Assembly: GCA_951406725.2 (NCBI GenBank)
Contig: OX597836.1
Location: 13,702,001 to 13,766,000 of the forward strand
Origin: Octopus vulgaris
Lineage: Eukaryota
Direction of reading: 5' to 3'
Length of the DNA stretch: 64,000 nucleotides
Positions 52,701 through 63,890 of the stretch are shown here, one piece after another. Below the pieces are notes generated by a model that made no database searches, was not told the DNA's origin, and worked only from the letters and a program-made list of their open reading frames with translations. Numbering within the stretch: position 1 is the first letter of the stretch; every line of letters starts with the position of its first letter. Position numbers and translations under genes: made by a program.

Positions 52701-55700
52701 CCTCATCCTGCAGATCCATGATCTAAGCCATTCCAGCTGCAAACATCCAGATTTTTTAGGGATCTGAAACACAACATTATTTAATGTACATTATTTACAT
52801 TATTTACATTCAACAGATATTTGTCCTCATCTTGTTTGTTGCTAACATTACGTTTCGGCTGATATATCCTCCAGCCTTCTTCAGGTGTCTTGGGGAAATT
52901 TCGAACCTGGGTTCTCATTCCTAAGCTATTACAAACTGATAGACTTTGGGATCGATCCAGTACCGAACAAGGATTCTGGATTATTTTTCCTGTTTTTTAT
53001 TGTTTTTTTTTGTTTTTTTTTTGTTACTTAAATTTTGAGAGCGGTCAGGTTCATTTTTAGTATTTTCCTTTGTGAGAGCAGTCGAGTTTATTTCAGATAT
53101 TCTCATTTTAAAAATCATCTCCGGCTAATTGTTGAGAGTACAGGGGTGTTGCTTTGGTAGGGATTTGCACTCTCTGAGTGCTCTTGTTGGCGAACTGGCA
53201 AACACGTTAGCATGCTGGGCGAAATGTGTATCCGTATTTCGTCTGCCGTTATGTTCTGGGTTCAAATTCCGCCAAGGTCGACTTTGCCTTTCATCCTTTC
53301 GGGGTCGATAAATTAAGTACCAGTTACGCACTGGTGTCGATGTAATCGACTTAATCTCTTTGTCTGTCCTTGTTTGTCCTCTCTGTGTTTAACCCCTTGT
53401 GGGTAGTAAAAAAAAAATATATATATATATATTACTATTATTAATAATTTATTTTCTTAATCTTTCCCTTTCAGATAATAAAACTAAAATGCCTGGCTAT
53501 ACTAATTGGTATTTTGATGGTTCCAAAATGTAACATCAATGTTCTGGTTGAAGTAACAGGTTCAGTGTCAATATTAGCAGCAGAAGGTTAGATTATTTTA
53601 TATCTGCTTGTTTCAGGTTCAATCCCACTGCATGGAACCCTGGGAAAGTGTCTTCTACATTTAGACCAGGAGTGACTAAAGACTTGTGAGAGAATTTGTC
53701 AGAGGGAAGCTGAAAGAAAACCCTTCATGTGGAAGTGTGTGTGTGTGTGTACATGTATGATATATGAGTGTGTATATATGAATATGTGGAGGTGCAATGG
53801 CCCAGTGGTTAGGGCAGTGGATTCGCAGTTGTAGGATCGCGGTTTCGATTCCCAGACCGGGCATTGTGAGTGTTTATTGAGTGAAAACATCTGAAGTTCC
53901 ACGAGTGTAGTGGGTGCTTTTACGTGTCACCGGCATGAGGGCCAGTCAGGTGGCACTGGCAACGGCCACGCTCAAATGTTATTTTTTACATGCCACCTCT
54001 ACAGGAGACCAGTCCAGCGGCACTGGCAACGACCTCGCTCGAATGTTTTTCACGTGCCACCAGCACAAGTGCCTGTAACGCAACACAGGCAACAATCACG
54101 CTCGAATGGTGCTTTTTATGTGCCACTGGTACGGAAACCAGTTAACTGCTCTGGCAACGATCACGCTCAGATGGTGCTCTTAGCACTCCACTAGCACAGA
54201 TACCAGTCATCGAATTTGATTTCGATTTCACTTGCCTCGATATGTCTTCGCAATCAGAGTTTAGTGTCCAATGAAGGAAAGGTACACATAAGTGGGCTGG
54301 TTACACCCCTGGCATAGGCCAGGTTATGGTCTCACTTGGCTTGCCGGGTCTTCTCAAGCACAGCATATTTCCAAAAGTCTCGCTCACTAATTATTGCCTC
54401 ATCATTATTATTCTCAATGTCTGTTAATTCCATGGTTTCTGTTCCATTCCACAGAGGATGTCCGCTACCATTTGGCCCAAACTAAGAATGGTAAAGTGTT
54501 TCAAGCGCTGGTCATGTTAGCTACCCAGTCATCAAGCCCTGAACTGCAGTATAACTGTGCTGGCACTCTCTGCCAAATTCTTATAGAAAGTGAGCTTCAC
54601 CTTTTGTTGACCCCTTATTTCCTTTTCCCTTTTTTTTTTTTTGATATTTGGTACTTTATCCCTATATATTTTTTGGCATATTTTTCACTTATTTTATATG
54701 AAATATTTTTTTCTGCCAATTTTCTCATCATCATCATCATCATTACCATAACCATCACCATCGCCATGACCATCATCATCATCATCATCACCATGATCAT
54801 CTTATATTGACCACCATCAGTCATCAGTAGCAGCATTATGAACACCACCCTCCACCAGTACATTCTGGTTTACTCTACTTTTATTCTTCCCCCAACCACT
54901 GCCACTGCCATCACAACCATCACCTCATTCCACTCTCTTCCTCTCCAGATATCATCACAGACACCCAGAAAGAGAGAAGTTTACCTTACATCATTCAATA
55001 TCTTCATGATTTCTTGAGATCAAATGATGCCAACTTCATTCACCTTGCTCTCTGGACAATCAAAAAGTTAACCAAAGGTAAGACACCTTTCCTTTTCCTC
55101 CACCTCCCTTGTGTAATATAATAAAAGTCGCATTATTATTATTATTATTGATTGATTGATTGATTGAGAGAGTACTGCATGCCATCAAAGTGACACAGGG
55201 GCAAAATATACGAAGCCCAATATACCCATCATGACTACCCATCTGATAAGGGTACATTAGACACGTGCATCACAACCATATGTGCGCGACATGGTGATCT
55301 CATGTCAAGATAAACAGCCCATGACCTTACAGGCGGGGCCCAGTTAGAATTTTCTTCAGGTCGAGTGGTTCATCCTGCTCAAAAGGTCTCAGAATAAGGA
55401 TTGTTTAAGGATGTTGAACGAAACACCCATGTTTCCAGAGGTGAATTATTCAAACCCCAAAGAATCCCTCACAACACATGGCTATGATGCTCCCCCACTA
55501 CTTCTGCTCGTGATCAGAGATGCACATATCGTCAGCCACTAAGGGACATGCTCAACTGGTTACGGTCAAATAACTGATAAGCTAATCTGTGGTATTGAGC
55601 AGAATATTTACTGTAGCCCATCTTTGAATTCGAATTCCACCAAGGTCGACTTAGTCTTTCATCCTTTCAGAGTTGATAAATTAAGTACAACTTAAGCACT

Positions 55701-56541
55701 GGTGTTGATGTAATCCACTCACCTCTTCCCCTGAAATTGCTGGCCTTGTGCCAAAATTTGAAAGTGTTATTATCATCATCATCACGGTAGCAACCTAGCA
55801 GTATCATTAGCATGCCAGGCAAAAGGCTTGGCAGTATTTTGTCTGCTGCTACATTTTGTTTTCAAATTCTGTGGAGGTTGACTTTGCCTTTCATTCTTTC
55901 AAGATTGATAAATTAAGTACCAGTTGAACACTGGGGTCGATGTAATCAATACAGCCCCCTCCTCCAAAATTGCTGCCCTTGAGGCAAAATTTGAAACCAT
56001 TATTATTTTCATTAATATGGCAGAATCGTTAGCAAGCTGGGTGAAATGCTTAGCGGTATTTCGTCTGCTGCTATGTTCTGAGTTCAAATTCCGCCGAGGT
56101 CGACTTTGCCTTTCATCCTTTTGGGGTCGATAGATTAAGTACTAGTTATGCACTGTGTTTAGCCCCTTGTGGGTAGTAAAGAAATAGATATTTTGTCCGT
56201 CTTCACATTCTGAGTTCAAAGGTTGACTTTGCCTTTCATCTTTTCAAGGTCAATAAATTGAGTATCAGTGAAATATTGGGGTCAGTGTGATTGACTAGTC
56301 CCCTTTCACCAAATTTTAGGCCTTGTGCCTTTAGTAGAAAGGATTATTATTGTTATTATTATTATTGACATCTCATGTTGTTTCTATTCCAGATGAATTA
56401 TTTCTGCGTGCATTCCAAGACAAAAGGATAGAACATGCAGTACAATCCGTCCTCTCTGTAATGGCAGGAAAGGAATCCGAAACAATAGGGAAACTAGTTC
56501 CAGAAGTCCTAAGAAGGATCAGAATGGAAACTTTAACATAA
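33944..56541 (+). CDS. Vacuolar protein 8 (Vac8)-like armadillo-repeat protein, 14 exons, about 598 aa
   Basis: Exons 33944-33982 (tentative), 40671-40899, 42750-42866, 43560-43679, 45568-45687, 47238-47360, 48373-48587, 50145-50190, 51222-51358, 52496-52621, 53475-53586, 54455-54589, 54949-55077, 56393-56541 join in frame (1797 nt). Motifs follow recalled yeast Vac8 in order: EKQALVNLLRYLE / EREAVTLLLGYLE, LIYSDNIELQLSA / LVYSDNLNLQRSA, DVRYYCFGAMGNIA / DVQYYCTTALSNIA, LTLRNLASD / LALRNLASD, FLRSNDANFIHLALWTI / FLKSDYATFEHIALWTI. Confidence 0.88.
35300..35375 (-). ncRNA. Hammerhead ribozyme motif, inverted second copy
   Basis: Reverse complement reads GTCT-CTGATGA-TGGAATACCCA...TGGGTTATTCGA-GAAAC-GGCT-GTA-AGAC. 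Confidence 0.68.
35670..35745 (+). ncRNA. Hammerhead ribozyme motif (minimal type I, Penelope-like)
   Basis: Stem I GTCT/AGAC; CTGATGA at 35674-35680; stem II TGGAATA-CCCA...TGGGTTATCCCA; GAAAC at 35730-35734; palindromic AGCT; GTA cleavage triplet at 35739-35741. Confidence 0.72.
37540..38085. repeat. (CA)-rich tract with a 14-bp ACACACACAAATAT unit
   Basis: Direct reading of the sequence. Confidence 0.9.
39120..39300 (+). mobile_element. Helentron/HINE-like non-autonomous element, 5' part (3' part at 52940-53188)
   Basis: ggaggtattgttttc...(gttt)n...gatatctcaaaaac...ggatgaaacttt; the 3' part ends ttgcactctctgagtgctcttgtt; both share ttgggatcgatcc...caaggattct. Confidence 0.55.
39542..39960 (+). 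mobile_element. Family A SINE, full length
   Basis: Same sequence as the other copies; repeated GTAAAAGA tail. Confidence 0.85.
40671..40899 (+). CDS. Vac8-like exon 2 (CGCC cluster, N-terminal helix)
   Basis: tgccag|ECDLSHL...FITCGCCYAD...EMEKQALVNLLRYLET|gtcagt. Confidence 0.88.
42750..42866 (+). CDS. Vac8-like exon 3 (ARM repeat)
   Basis: tttcag|ETLTIEFPHLISLRILIYSDNIELQLSAVLFYLEISER|gtaagt. Confidence 0.9.
43560..43679 (+). CDS. Vac8-like exon 4 (ARM repeat)
   Basis: ttttag|DDCPTSVTLSPLIDLLRTKDDRLNRITTQALSNFLMRMP|gtaaaa. Confidence 0.9.
43938..44305 (-). mobile_element. Two tandem Penelope-like repeats inserted in the microsatellite of a SINE
   Basis: Direct repeats of about 160 bp; each has a degenerate hammerhead CTTT-CTGTAGA-A-GAGC-GTAG-(G/A)CTC-GAAAC-GTA-AAAG (44027-44062 and 44241-44276). 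Confidence 0.55.
45568..45687 (+). CDS. Vac8-like exon 5 (ARM repeat)
   Basis: tgacag|CKAEVYPCQPIPALIPLLESKNHDTLCNTIAILTILTIT|gtaaga. Confidence 0.9.
45736..45975. repeat. Long near-perfect palindrome centred at 45856-45857
   Basis: ...gcttgcatccactctagtggat tc atccactagagtggatgcaagc...; arms about 115 bp; related sequence also at 34451-34520. Confidence 0.85.
46109..46338. mobile_element. Fold-back element with degenerate hammerhead motifs in both arms (Penelope-like)
   Basis: Arms about 107 bp, loop 46216-46229; + arm reads GATAA-CTGAAGA-...-GAAAC-TCAGA-GTT-TTGTC (46238-46298). Confidence 0.6.
47238..47360 (+). CDS. Vac8-like exon 6 (ARM repeat)
   Basis: ttgcag|NCRLEILAEDGVKPLLKTLHHKDLRVIRNAVGLIYNLTQL|gtatgt. 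Confidence 0.92.
48373..48587 (+). CDS. Vac8-like exon 7 (ARM repeat)
   Basis: ttgtag|ASRDEIVREGGVALLISVLQDCGDNDVRYYCFGAMGNIAATPENRQVLF...SSESEK|gtattt. Confidence 0.92.
48600..50052. repeat. (CAT/CAC)n compound microsatellite of about 1.4 kb in Vac8-like intron 7
   Basis: Units such as tgc(cac)n(cat)n; explains the long poly-His, poly-Asp/Gly, poly-Pro/Ser and poly-Ile/Thr ORFs. Confidence 0.92.
50145..50190 (+). CDS. Vac8-like exon 8
   Basis: tttcag|VTGQCLLTLRNLASD|gtaaga. Confidence 0.9.
51222..51358 (+). CDS. Vac8-like exon 9 (ARM repeat)
   Basis: ttgcag|LNQEELAMGGAIEKIHKIIQSTKSQEILSLALCCLRNLSNFEANQ|gttagt. Confidence 0.92.
51745..52450. repeat. Degenerate 28-bp minisatellite
   Basis: Consensus ccagctcaactttctgtgttctatattg repeated with divergence up to the exon 10 acceptor. 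Confidence 0.8.
52496..52621 (+). CDS. Vac8-like exon 10 (ARM repeat)
   Basis: tgacag|VKFVSEEFLSDIGNILHDSTNPDAQHSSASIIRNLVDGEYMK|gtaagt. Confidence 0.9.
52845..52888 (-). ncRNA. Hammerhead ribozyme motif in a Penelope-like fragment
   Basis: Reverse complement reads ACAC-CTGAAGA-A-GGCTG-(10 nt loop)-CAGCC-GAAAC-GTA-ATGT. Confidence 0.6.
53475..53586 (+). CDS. Vac8-like exon 11 (ARM repeat)
   Basis: tttcag|IIKLKCLAILIGILMVPKCNINVLVEVTGSVSILAAE|gttaga. Confidence 0.87.
54455..54589 (+). CDS. Vac8-like exon 12 (ARM repeat)
   Basis: ccacag|DVRYHLAQTKNGKVFQALVMLATQSSSPELQYNCAGTLCQILIE|gtgagc. Confidence 0.9.
54949..55077 (+). CDS. Vac8-like exon 13
   Basis: ctccag|IITDTQKERSLPYIIQYLHDFLRSNDANFIHLALWTIKKLTK|gtaaga. 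Confidence 0.92.
56393..56541 (+). CDS. Vac8-like terminal exon
   Basis: ttccag|ELFLRAFQDKRIEHAVQSVLSVMAGKESETIGKLVPEVLRRIRMETLT*. Confidence 0.87.
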
Positions 56542-56725
56542 TCTCTCTAGACAGATAAACATCACCTCACACGAACGACAAAACAAAAGGTGGAATCATG
56601 GAATCAGTAAGAACCAAGATGGTCTTTTATGATGGAATTGTCTACATTCTTTAGATTAAATGTAGGTAGGTCGAATGAAGTATCAAACATCAACAACAAA
56701 AACATACTCACCTTAGATGTCTTAA

Positions 56726-56911
56726 TCCCTCAGCATTCAAATCCCTTTGTCACACCTAACGCTTATTTATTCACATTGCTTTGGATTAATCTTACATTAT
56801 CTCATAGTTTTGAGACAACGATGATGTAATTGTTTATCTTTAAGAATGACATTGTAGGGTAGATGTAAGAGGCCGGATCCGGCTGATGTGACTAGTTTAA
56901 TTGCTGAAGGG
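56726..56911. mobile_element. piggyBac-type MITE (family 2) in the Vac8-like 3' region
   Basis: TTAA|TCCCTCAGCA ... TGCTGAAGGG|TTAA; interior resembles the reverse complement of 11668-11887. Confidence 0.65.
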
Positions 56912-57089
56912 TTAAAACAGATCAATACTGTTGTTCTTGATTGATTTTACAATAATATGATATCCCATGAATTAAGGGATGGATCAAATTATCATCAATA
57001 GCGTGTTACATCATACAATGGAAAAATAATCACAGATCAATGCCAGTTATATCATCAGATTGATTCTTTTCCTCATCAAATATTGTACT

Positions 57090-57478
57090 TTGGTCATATA
57101 TATAATATGCATTAACGCTAACACATCATAAGATATATCATTGCTATATATCTTTATGTATGTCTTAAGACATATCATTACTATATATCTTTATGTATGT
57201 CTTAAGACATAAAAATCCTTATTGATCCTTATCATCAAGTATTGTCTTAATACAGGTCATATATAATATGCATCATATTAATGCTGACATATCGTCATAA
57301 GATATGTCATTGCTATATCTTTATGTATGTCTTAAGACATAAAAATCCTTCTTATTGATCCTTATCATCATTAAGTATTGTCTTTATACAGGTCATATAT
57401 AATATGCATCATATTAATGCTGACATATCGTCATAAGATATATCATTGCTATTACTTTGTGTATGTCTTCAGACATAA
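57090..57478. repeat. AT-rich tandem repeat, about 125-bp unit x3, downstream of the Vac8-like stop
   Basis: ggtcatatataatatgcat...tcataagatat...tatgtatgtcttaagacat repeated. Confidence 0.8.
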
Positions 57479-60400
57479 ACAGCGCCTTCTGTCATAAAAC
57501 AGGAGCCGTACATCTCAGATTTACCTGTAACATAGCCACTACCTGTCATAAGACATAGATTAACAATGAGCCATGAACAATGTGCTATGTCATTTAACGG
57601 ATCCAGGATCCACCACCAGATATTCCATATAAACATATATCATCCCAAGTATCATGTATATCGTCATATGGATCGACTATGACAGCTGTTTCAGCTCCTG
57701 CCAAAGGGATGCCTTTAAAACCTAAACATCACAGACAGAGATCCTGTGTTGGATTAAAATGCATTCTTCCAAAAGTCCCAAGAAGGTTCTGAATTCAAAC
57801 AGGATCCACAGACCTTTGATGTTACATGTAATTTATCACTGAACTCTCAACATGTACAAAAATAATAAAAATCCTGAACTGCAAAAAATTGTCCCTACAA
57901 GCACTATTATCCCCGTCTTAAGAAAAACATTGTCAACCTGAGAATATCTGATACTTTTAAAACCCCTTCAAAATTACAAATATTACAACAAACTATTAAC
58001 AGAATTTTAATTCCCTTTTCTCTGAAAAATATCATGACTAATCCTAAATAGCACCCGAAGGAAAACATCCAGTTTGTTGTTACTTCAGGTGTCTGGGTGA
58101 AACTTGGAACAGCTCATATGAAAACAAAAGCCGCAAAAACAACAGCAGCAATTACACTAACAAAATTTTATTATTTTTTTTGTTTTTGGTTAGTAAGTGT
58201 TGTCTCTTATTTGTTTCTATCTAAAAATCAAAAGAAATGACTACTGTTTCCCCTTCAAACTTTGCTTTTGTGATTTGGATATCAATGTTTTGAAATTGTC
58301 CTATTTTTCCCCCCATTACATTTCAGACAGATTCAGTGCTGAGTTGCTGAAGCAGAAATATCATTATAGCAAATATTTTACTCAATACCTATTTCTTTAC
58401 TACCCACAAGGGGCTAAACACAGAGAGGACAAACAAGGACAGACAAACGGATTAAGTCGATTATATCGACCCCAGTGCGAAACTGGTACTTTTTTAATCG
58501 ACCCCGAAAGGATGAAACGCAAAGTCGACCTCGGCGGAATTTGAACTCAGAACATAGCGGCAGACGAAATACAGCTAAGCATTTTGCCCGGCATGCTAAC
58601 ATTTCTGCCATCTCCCCGCCTTATTTGCTTGTCATTTGCTTGGCCTTAACAACTTGAGCTTTTCCATTAGTGGCTGAGAATATGTGCTTCTCTGGTCATG
58701 AGCAAAATTAGGGGGGGAGCATCATAGCCATGTGTTGAGCGGGATTCTTTGGGGTTTGAATAAATATCGTAACAAAAGCAAAGTTTGAAGGAAATATTAG
58801 CCATTTTTCATACTTTCTATTGATAAGGAAATAGAAAATAACAGTTGCTAGCCAAGGACAAAACTCCTGTTATACAGTATAATGATAATAATAATAATAA
58901 TGATAATAATTCTGGAAGGGATGAGCAGAAAATTTTTTAAAACTTTGATACCATACTCATTTTAAGATGGGTCCAGACGAGAGCCTTAAAAATCCCTCAC
59001 ACCACAATCAAAATATTTTGTAATCAGCATCATGTCATTTTTAGCCCGCACTCGCCATGCAGTGTACAAATATTCTGTTAATATCAGACAAATGTACCGT
59101 ATTTGAAGGTATGTAAGATGCAATTTTTTTAAAAGTCTTTAAAATGTCACCCCTGGTCCTATATGCGAAGTCGGGCCTCTCACACGTATTGTCCTTGACG
59201 CTCACTTTTTCTTTGATTATGCATTGCTAAAATTGGAGTGAATCCATGTGTCTTTTATGCCATCAAACGATTCTTGTGGAGGCGTGTGGCTTAGTTGTTA
59301 GGGTGCTGAACTCATAATCGTAAAGTCGTGATTTCGATTCCTGGACCGGGCGATGCGTTGTGTTCTTGAGCAAAACACTTCATTTTCACGTTGCTCCAGT
59401 TCACTCAGCTGGCAAAAATGAGCAATCCTGCGATGGGCCGGCGTCCCGTCCAGGCGGGGATTTTCTAGGCCACTGAAACCGGGAAACAGGCCCTTATGAG
59501 CCTGGCATGGCTCGAGAAGGAACATTTACTCTTTTACTTGTTTCAGTCATTTGACTGCGGCCATTTGAGAGAGAGAGAGGGAGACGGAGACAGAGAGAGA
59601 GAGAGAGGGAGAGAGAGGGGGAGACGGAGAGAGAGACGGAGACAGAGAGAGAGAGAGAGAGACGGAGAGACGGCTTCTTTCAGTTTCTGTCTACTAAATC
59701 CACACACAAGGCTTTGGTCAGCCAGGGACTATAGTTGACACTTGTCCAAGGTGTCACACAGTGGGACTGAACTCAGAACTATGTGGTTGGGAAGCAAACT
59801 TGTTACCACACAGCCACGCCTGTGCCTATATAATAATAATAATGATAAAACATTGTGTACAATGCTCAGGTGCACTACAACTCATCTAAAGTGTATGTAT
59901 AGTACATAGGGTAATGTACAAGCGTCAGGAAAAGAACAGTGCATGAGTCATGACATACACATATGTGTATGAGTATGGAAGAGTAGTCATTAAGTTTCAA
60001 ACACTAAACCTCAACAAAACTTTGGTTATTGTATTCTAAAAATACAATAACTGAAGGATTATTTTTATTTATGAATCTTAAGTTATTTAAAAAATATCTC
60101 AAGTGACCATAATTTCATAATGAAATCAATAATAATAATTAATTTTTATGACAATTATAACCATAATTTTGTAATTTCTCACAAGCATATGTACAGCTTT
60201 TATAATCATATGACCTATTCTGTGATCCCTGGAATCAAGCAGAATCTGTTCTGTTGCAAACACTTAGACTTAGTCTGGGATTTAAAAGGGTAAAGACTCC
60301 CTTTGATCATGACCGAGAAAGTCCCCCCCCCTCCTGAGGCACAAGTTCGGGCAAGGTTGTTTACGGAAGACTCATAGTCGCCTACACATATTAGCCTCCC

Positions 60401-61449
60401 CTGTCCATGCCACTGATGTTGTCCAAGGGAAAGGCAAAGGGGCCGATACAGCTTTGCACCAGTGACGCCACAACTCATTTCTACAGCTGAGTGTCTTGCT
60501 CAAGAACACAACACACACCCTGGTCTGGGAATCAAACTCACTGGTTAGGTATGGGATTTAACATTAGATAAATCAATATTTTGATGCTGCTTGAGTTGGG
60601 GTTTTGTTCTTCCTCTGTGTCTGCAAGACCCCAAACCATTCCTTGGCAATGCTGCCATTCCTTCTCTGACAAAACCAAAACAAATTGCAAAAGTAAAGAA
60701 AGAACAAAGAAACAAATTCTGATGTGAAAGACATACATATATATATATAGATAGATATATATATTTTTATTTTGTGAATATAAAAAAATATTACATTATA
60801 TATATATTTTATTTTCATTTCATGTGTGCATTTTATATGTATGCCAACAATTATTATTGTCAACATTTTCAAAACACGATTAGTTTCATGACACACACAC
60901 ACACACAGTCAAACATATGTATTTACATAATCACACACACATACATAACATACTGAAAAGACAAGAACACACACATATATATATATACAATTTCCAGGCC
61001 AAAAAAAAAAATAATAATAATAATGATACATATCTACACAAACATGTATATATTACATCACATTTATACAAATATATTACATACATACACACACACACTC
61101 ACATTAGACAGATTTTATTACATAAAAAAAAAAAAAAAATCGATATGTTGAATGTTTTGAAGTAAATAGTTTTATATACAAAATAGCAGAGCAACATTAT
61201 AACAATAACAACGAAAAAAAAAAAAAATAAAAAGCAACAACAATGTACCAATTCATTGAAAAAAAAAAAATAATTGAAATGTAAAAAGAAAGTTTAAAAA
61301 AAAATTGTTTTTTTCTTCAAATCTTTTTATCATTTTGATAGCAAAATAAGCTCAAGTCTTTGATATTCTTGTTTGATTTTTAGTCAACAAATCTGATGGT
61401 ATTATTGGTTGGGGATGACTATGTGCACATGCATGTCTACATATATGTA

Positions 61450-61490
<41 letters not shown>

Positions 61491-61968
61491 TGTGTTATAT
61501 ATGTGTGTGTGTGTGTATATATAATAGACATATATACGTGTGTGTATGCGTGTATATATATATAATATATATACCTACGTGTGTATGTATATGCATGTGT
61601 GTGTGTGTATATATATATATACATACATGTGTGTATGTATACATGTGTGCATGCATGGATGTGTGTATAGATATATATATATGCGCATATGTATACATAC
61701 TCAGACTCACGTGTGTGTATGTATACATAATGTGCATATAATGTTTCGAAGAAGGGTGACAGTAACTTCGAAGTTTCAGTCTGCTAGTAGGCTAAAACTC
61801 CAAAATCACTGTTAACTTACTTCTACGAAAAGTATAAGTATATACCCTATAAAATGTATTGAGTAATTCTTCAGTTTAATTTTAAATCATTTTCATGCAT
61901 ACCTCAACATAAAGCCAGATAGTATGTGTGTGTGTGTGTATGTATGTATGTATATATATATATATATA

Positions 61969-62195
61969 CTTTATATAAAAGTAGCAGAAATATAACAAAA
62001 GCTGTTACTCAGAGTTTCAGGTTCCCGTTCGTTGGACAGTTATTTTTTTTTTCTAACAAAACTGTCCAGCGAACGGGAACTTGAAACTCTGAGTAACAGC
62101 TTGTTATATTTCTGCTGCTTTTCAATAAAGCATATTGCTCTACCTCTGGTATTTGAGTACTCTTTTTTCCACCTTGTTTCACATTTATCTGCTTA
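61969..62195. mobile_element. Fold-back element with degenerate hammerhead motifs (Penelope-like) inside (TA)n
   Basis: Arms 61969-62041 and 62060-62130; CTGT-CCA(G/A)CGA-ACGGGAAC(T/C)T-GAAAC-TCTGA-GTA-ACAG. Confidence 0.55.
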
Positions 62196-62210
62196 CTCTG
62201 GTATATATAG

Positions 62211-62252
<42 letters not shown>

Positions 62253-62909
62253 AGGAAGTGGGGATACAGGAAATCCAGGCAAATACCACAGTCAGCACTC
62301 TAGGCAAAAAAAAATAAACCTAATAAAATGTTATAAGAAAACCCAGAATCCATAGTCCTTTAATCCACAGGGCATTCCATACCAACTTTAAATCCAAGGG
62401 TATTCACCAATTAAGCAACTGATGTATTTACTTCATCATACTATATCATTTGCTAAAAATACTAACAATTTACTAGGGTTAAAAGTAATCAAATGAAATG
62501 CATCATTTTATCATCCACTTTTCCATGCTAGCATGGGTCAGAGGGAACTCATTGAGGCAGATTTTCTATGGCTGGATGCCCTTCCTGTTGCTAGCCTTCA
62601 CCTGTTTCCAAGCAAGGTAATATTCACCCACCCCACCATTTTCTCATGGAAAGTTTGAAGTGAATAATGCTGCTTATATGCTGGTGACACTCCTTTTATG
62701 ACCATCTCACAATATCAAGACACTCATACAAACATAACAGGCTTCTTTCTACCCACCAAATCACACTCACAAAGCTTTCGACAACACCCAAATTTGTAGC
62801 TATTTCATCAAGCAACCCCCCTGGCCAAAACCCTTAAAACGGGGGCCATCCAATGTGTGCATGTATGGAGGGGATTTTCCCTTTTGCAAAACATTTTTTT
62901 TCAGACAGT

Positions 62910-63230
62910 AGGGCATGATTAAGGAGGATTTGGCTGTTTTATCTAGCAGCTTGAGCTACCATTTAGAGGTACCTTATTGGCTAGGTTATGATTGAAGATT
63001 TGGCTGTTCTATCTAGCATTTTGAGCTACCATGTAGCAGTTGTTTCAATGGCTAGGACGTGATTGAGGAAGATTTGACTGTTCTATTTAGCATTTCGAGG
63101 TACCAAGGTGTGATTGAGGAAGATTTGGCCTTTTGAGCTACCATGTATATAAATTCCTTCATTGGCTAGGAAGTGATTTGAGGAAGATTTGACTACTCTA
63201 TCTAGCATTTTGAGAAACCATATAAAGGTT
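62910..63230. repeat. Degenerate tandem repeat, about 65-70 bp x4-5
   Basis: gattgaggaagatttggctgttctatctagcattttgagctacc. Confidence 0.7.
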
Positions 63231-63499
63231 CCCTTGTGTCCCTGACAATAATTTGGTTTTAATAAACTCTCCTTAAGCAGGTATTAAAGAATAAATAAAT
63301 TTACCTGAAGACTAATCTCCAAGACTTTTGGTAAGCCCATCTTCCACCTTAACCCTTTGCAGCAGGTGAAAGGTTTGCACTAATAAAATAAGACTTCATA
63401 AATCCACTGAAAACCCAGGCCAGTATTATAATAAATAAATAATAAATATATAAATAAATATGTACAAATATTGATCTTTTAATAATATTGGCATTGGGA

Positions 63500-63890
63500 G
63501 GTCATGGCTTTGGTATTACAGACAAGTGGTTAGAATGTCACAGGAAAGAATTGCAAGACAGATTCTTCAAGCCAAACCAACTTGGTAGGAAAACTAAGGA
63601 TAGACCAATAACGAGATGGATGGATAAAGTTCCATAGCCTCAGCTGGTCTTGTTTTGGAATCCAACCAGAGGATCTAATGACAGTTGGTTCTGATAGGAC
63701 CCAATGGAGGAGGATCCTGAGGACTCTGTCTCCATGACTGGTAGGAGACTTAGGGGTAGGCCAAGAGTGAGATGGTTGGGAATCCGACTAAGAAGGGTAA
63801 TGACAGTTGCTTCTGATAGGACCCAGTGGAGGAAGGGCCTGAATTTGACTCTACACCCATGGCCCTTCAAGGAGCCATGGGCGGAAAAAA
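63500..63890 (+). mobile_element. RTE-type LINE C-terminal remnants
   Basis: GRKTKDRPITRWMD and GRRLRGRPRVRW...ASDRTQWRK motifs. Confidence 0.65.

Noticed and set aside
60540-61900. 3' UTR or micro-exon of a minus-strand gene beyond the window
   Set aside because: The composition is UTR-like and there is a possible ag...gtaagt pair near 61815-61850, but no coding evidence.
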